Positions 61,047 through 64,000 of a DNA stretch of 64,000 nucleotides are shown here, piece after piece. Both the position numbers and the translations under genes were made by a program. The notes beneath the pieces were generated by a model, which was not told the DNA's origin, searched no databases, and saw only the letters and a list, made by a program, of their open reading frames with translations. The stretch is from Candidatus Poribacteria bacterium (GTDB lineage Bacteria > Poribacteria > WGA-4E > PCPOR2b), in contig OZ240245.1 of NCBI GenBank assembly GCA_965198175.1, positions 2,160,164 through 2,224,163 of the forward strand, read 5' to 3'. Each line of letters begins with the position of its first letter. Position 1 is the first letter of the stretch.

Positions 61047-61490
61047 TGAAATAGACCGCCCCCACATCGTACTATGTCGTACGGGCCTGCTGCTCACGGT
61101 TTCATTAAAGTGTCCAACCAATGACAAGTTTCAGCTAATGCCTTTCAAGCATCACATGTCTACGAAATGTCTCCACGCGATATGAGTTTATCAAGCGATT
61201 TCACGCCGGCGAATTTGGCGATCTGCTTGATTGGTGCGGTCAATTTAGTCTGATAGCTCGACTCCGGCTGCTTGAAATACACCTCAAAAACTGCACGAAC
61301 AAAAATCCTTCCCACGACCGATTCTCAGCGCCGAGGTAGTGTTAAATCGTCAGATTTGTGTATCATGCCTGTGTCTCTACGCAAGAAAGGGACGGTTGGA
61401 ATTCCATTAATGTAACAGGCTTTTCAGTTAGAACTGATATACACGCTGCCACTTCGGCGGATTATACAATTGACACAAGAGATGTAATTT

Positions 61491-63179
61491 ATGATATTTG
61501 AACGCATAGACAGACAACCTGTACCGCGGACAATATTTCTCATTTGTATTCTGAACCTCTCCATGTGCATACAAGAGCCACCTCCTGCGGATGCGCTTCC
61601 TGAGTTTGTCGAGATAACTAAGACGGCAGGAATTGACTTTGTCCACAATACAGGCGCCTTTGGGAAAAAGTACCTTCCGGAAACGATGGGTTCCGGTTGC
61701 GCATTCATTGACTATAACAACGATGGTTGGAGCGATATTGTGTTGCTGACCTGCAAAGATTGGACAGGATACCCGACCGGAAAGCGTCAATCAATGGCGC
61801 TCTATCGAAACAATCACGACGGGACTTTTGCGGATGTCACAAAGAGCGCTGGGTTAGCCGTTGAGTTGTACGGAATAGGCGTCGCGGCTGCTGACTACGA
61901 TAACGATGGCGATGACGATCTCTATGTCAGTTGTCTTGAGGCGGATCGGTTGTTCCAAAATCAGGGCGATGCAACCTTTGTTGATGTAACGAAGCAGGCG
62001 GGCATTCATAATCCTAGCTTCGGAACCAGTTGTGCATGGTTCGACTATGACAAGGACGGCAATCTAGACTTGTACGTTGCTAATTATGTGGAATGGACCA
62101 TCGAAACCGATATTTTCTGCACGTTAGATGGCACAAACAAAGCATACTGTACGCCCGAATCTTATCATGGGCAGTCGAGCCGGTTATTTAGAAACCGTGG
62201 CGATGGCACCTTCGTTGATGTTTCACGGATTTCTCGGATTGAAGATCGGACCAGCAAATCACTAGGGGTCTGCATCTTCGATTACAATTCTGATGGATTG
62301 CCCGATATTTTCGAGGCGAATGATACACAACCCAATAAACTCTATCACAACAATGGCGACGGAACTTTTATCGAAACAGGACTCAACGTGGGCATCGCCT
62401 ATAGCGAGAATGGGGTTGCAACCGGCGCAATGGGAATTGATGCTGGAGACTATGATGGAAGCGGCAGAGAAAGTCTGGTGATTGGCAATTTTTCTAATGA
62501 GATGATGAATCTCTACCATAATGAGGGGGAGATTTTTATTGATGACGCGCCCATTGCCAACATCGGAAATGCGAGCCTATTGACACTCACATTTGGGTGT
62601 TTCTTTTTTGATTTTGACCTTGATGGAAGGCTTGACATTTTTGCCGCGAACGGACACGTTGAAAATGAAATCAACGCCGTACAGAGTGAGGTTACTTACG
62701 CACAGGTTCCTCACCTGTTTCGCAACACCGGTGACGGAAAGTTCCAGGACGTCGCGCTGAAGATCGGCACTGACCTTGCAAACCCGATTGTCGGACGTGG
62801 TGCAGCGTACGGAGACATCGACAACGATGGCGATTGGGATATCCTGGTCACGACTTCTAATGGGCTTGCCCATTTATATCGCAACGACGGAGGAAATCAG
62901 AATCACTGGATAAAACTGAAATTGATTGGATCCAAAAGCAATCGAAACGGTATCGGTGCAAGGGTTACGATAACGTCGAAATCTGGCACGCAGACGCGAA
63001 CATTGAAAAGCGGTTGCAGTTATTGTTCACAGAGCGAGCTGTCGCTAATCTTTGGAATTGGACAAACTCCCCGAATTGACATGATTGAGGTGAATTGGCC
63101 CAGCGGGGTTGTCGATCGACTCGTTAACATAAATGCGAATCAACTTCTTGTTGTTGAAGAAGGGAAGACCAATGAGTGA
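61491..63179 (+). CDS. CRTAC1 family (FG-GAP repeats + ASPIC/UnbV) protein
   Basis: PETMGSG, DYDNDGD repeats, SNRNGIGARV, VNWPSG. Confidence 0.92.
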   Translation: MIFERIDRQPVPRTIFLICILNLSMCIQEPPPADALPEFVEITKTAGIDFVHNTGAFGKKYLPETMGSGCAFIDYNNDGWSDIVLLTCKDWTGYPTGKRQSMALYRNNHDGTFADVTKSAGLAVELYGIGVAAADYDNDGDDDLYVSCLEADRLFQNQGDATFVDVTKQAGIHNPSFGTSCAWFDYDKDGNLDLYVANYVEWTIETDIFCTLDGTNKAYCTPESYHGQSSRLFRNRGDGTFVDVSRISRIEDRTSKSLGVCIFDYNSDGLPDIFEANDTQPNKLYHNNGDGTFIETGLNVGIAYSENGVATGAMGIDAGDYDGSGRESLVIGNFSNEMMNLYHNEGEIFIDDAPIANIGNASLLTLTFGCFFFDFDLDGRLDIFAANGHVENEINAVQSEVTYAQVPHLFRNTGDGKFQDVALKIGTDLANPIVGRGAAYGDIDNDGDWDILVTTSNGLAHLYRNDGGNQNHWIKLKLIGSKSNRNGIGARVTITSKSGTQTRTLKSGCSYCSQSELSLIFGIGQTPRIDMIEVNWPSGVVDRLVNINANQLLVVEEGKTNE

Positions 63180-63528
63180 TATCCAGAAGCATTTGCCTCC
63201 GATGCACCACCTCGCCTGCTTTGATAGCGCAAGCGTATCACTCCACACCTAGCTTTGATCGCTTCTCAACCTTGTGGAGGGATTTCTGCGTTCATCCCTT
63301 TCGACGATCAAATCCTATCCGTACAGACTCTTTCGGTAGTGCAGGGCATATCAGCGCACCTTGTCTCGGACTTGGATTCCTAATCCAGTGCCCAGCCTTC
63401 GATTTTTCCCCTTGGCGCCTTATTTCTACGAGAGAATAAGTTCCTAAACCTCACCCCACCTGCTGCGTCTAAACAGAGCAATCCGGACCTAGGTAAGCAC
63501 TGAGAACGGGGTAGAAAGGACGCAACAA

Positions 63529-64000
63529 ATGCTAAATGCACCAGCTAAATCATTGGCTCAGGCGATGCTCGATTCAAACCTCATTTCCGAAGACGTGCAT
63601 CGACAGGTTATCGAAGAGATGGAAAAAACGGGTGTTTCGATTGATGAATCGCTGAAAAAGCGCGTCGGTGAAAGCGCGCTTGGGCTTGCCAGGAAAAGCA
63701 TTGAGTACGGCGTCCCGTGCGTTTTGTTGGAGAGGACTATCCCAGAATCTGAGGCAACAGCGAAGGTTCCTGCAGGCTTTGCTTATAAGAACAAGATTTT
63801 CCCGATACGTCTCGAAGACAAAACGCTTACCTTGGCAATGGCGGATGCGCTAGATGTAATCTTGATTGATGAAATTCGGTTGGTAACAGGGTGTGAGATT
63901 AATCCGCTGCTTGCGGACGAAGAAGACATCGAAGCCGCAATCATCCGCTTTTATGGCAAGACAGCAGCCCAAATCCTTAGTGAAAGCATTAAAGGCCCTG
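63529..64000 (+). CDS. GspE/PilB-type ATPase N-terminal domain, runs off the right edge
   Basis: Manual translation: VPAGFAYKNKIFPIRLEDKTLTLAMADALDVILIDEIRLVTGCEINPLLADEEDIEAAIIRFYG. Confidence 0.85.
   Translation, partial: MLNAPAKSLAQAMLDSNLISEDVHRQVIEEMEKTGVSIDESLKKRVGESALGLARKSIEYGVPCVLLERTIPESEATAKVPAGFAYKNKIFPIRLEDKTLTLAMADALDVILIDEIRLVTGCEINPLLADEEDIEAAIIRFYGKTAAQILSESIKGP

Overview
Bacterial chromosomal window, most likely from Candidatus Poribacteria. This is an inference from the many secreted proteins ending in a K-x-TTTW-x-x-(M/I)K-like tail, LamG and WD40+FlgD-like proteins, a DUF6785-like membrane protein and two ASPIC/UnbV proteins. Left part (1-6 kb): a partial fused restriction-modification gene and a decaying imuB-dnaE2 mutagenesis cassette followed by an intact SRAP gene. 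6-31 kb: metabolic and housekeeping genes (GH36-like, RHH-led dinG operon, orphan sdhA, modC, ogt, fur-family, argD, ispE, tRNA-Gln, rplY, amidase, GerMN, pth). 31-44.8 kb is an accessory array of repeated modules and the main candidate for an undescribed system. The fullest module is REP/BIME, orphan NtrC/Fis-type HTH tail, module-specific inverted-repeat enhancer, sigma-54 promoter, secreted protein with a predicted N-terminal His, then a lipoprotein. Four sigma-54 consensus promoters, variable HTH recognition helices and many recombination, deletion and IS scars are visible. Right part: ECF sigma plus small partner plus a catalytically dead M1-peptidase-like protein, Hyi, a beta-lactamase-fold hydrolase, TPR/SUMF1/ASPIC genes, xylF, and the start of a GspE/PilB ATPase. 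No CRISPR array or rRNA was seen. All family assignments come from motif recognition by eye, without database searches.
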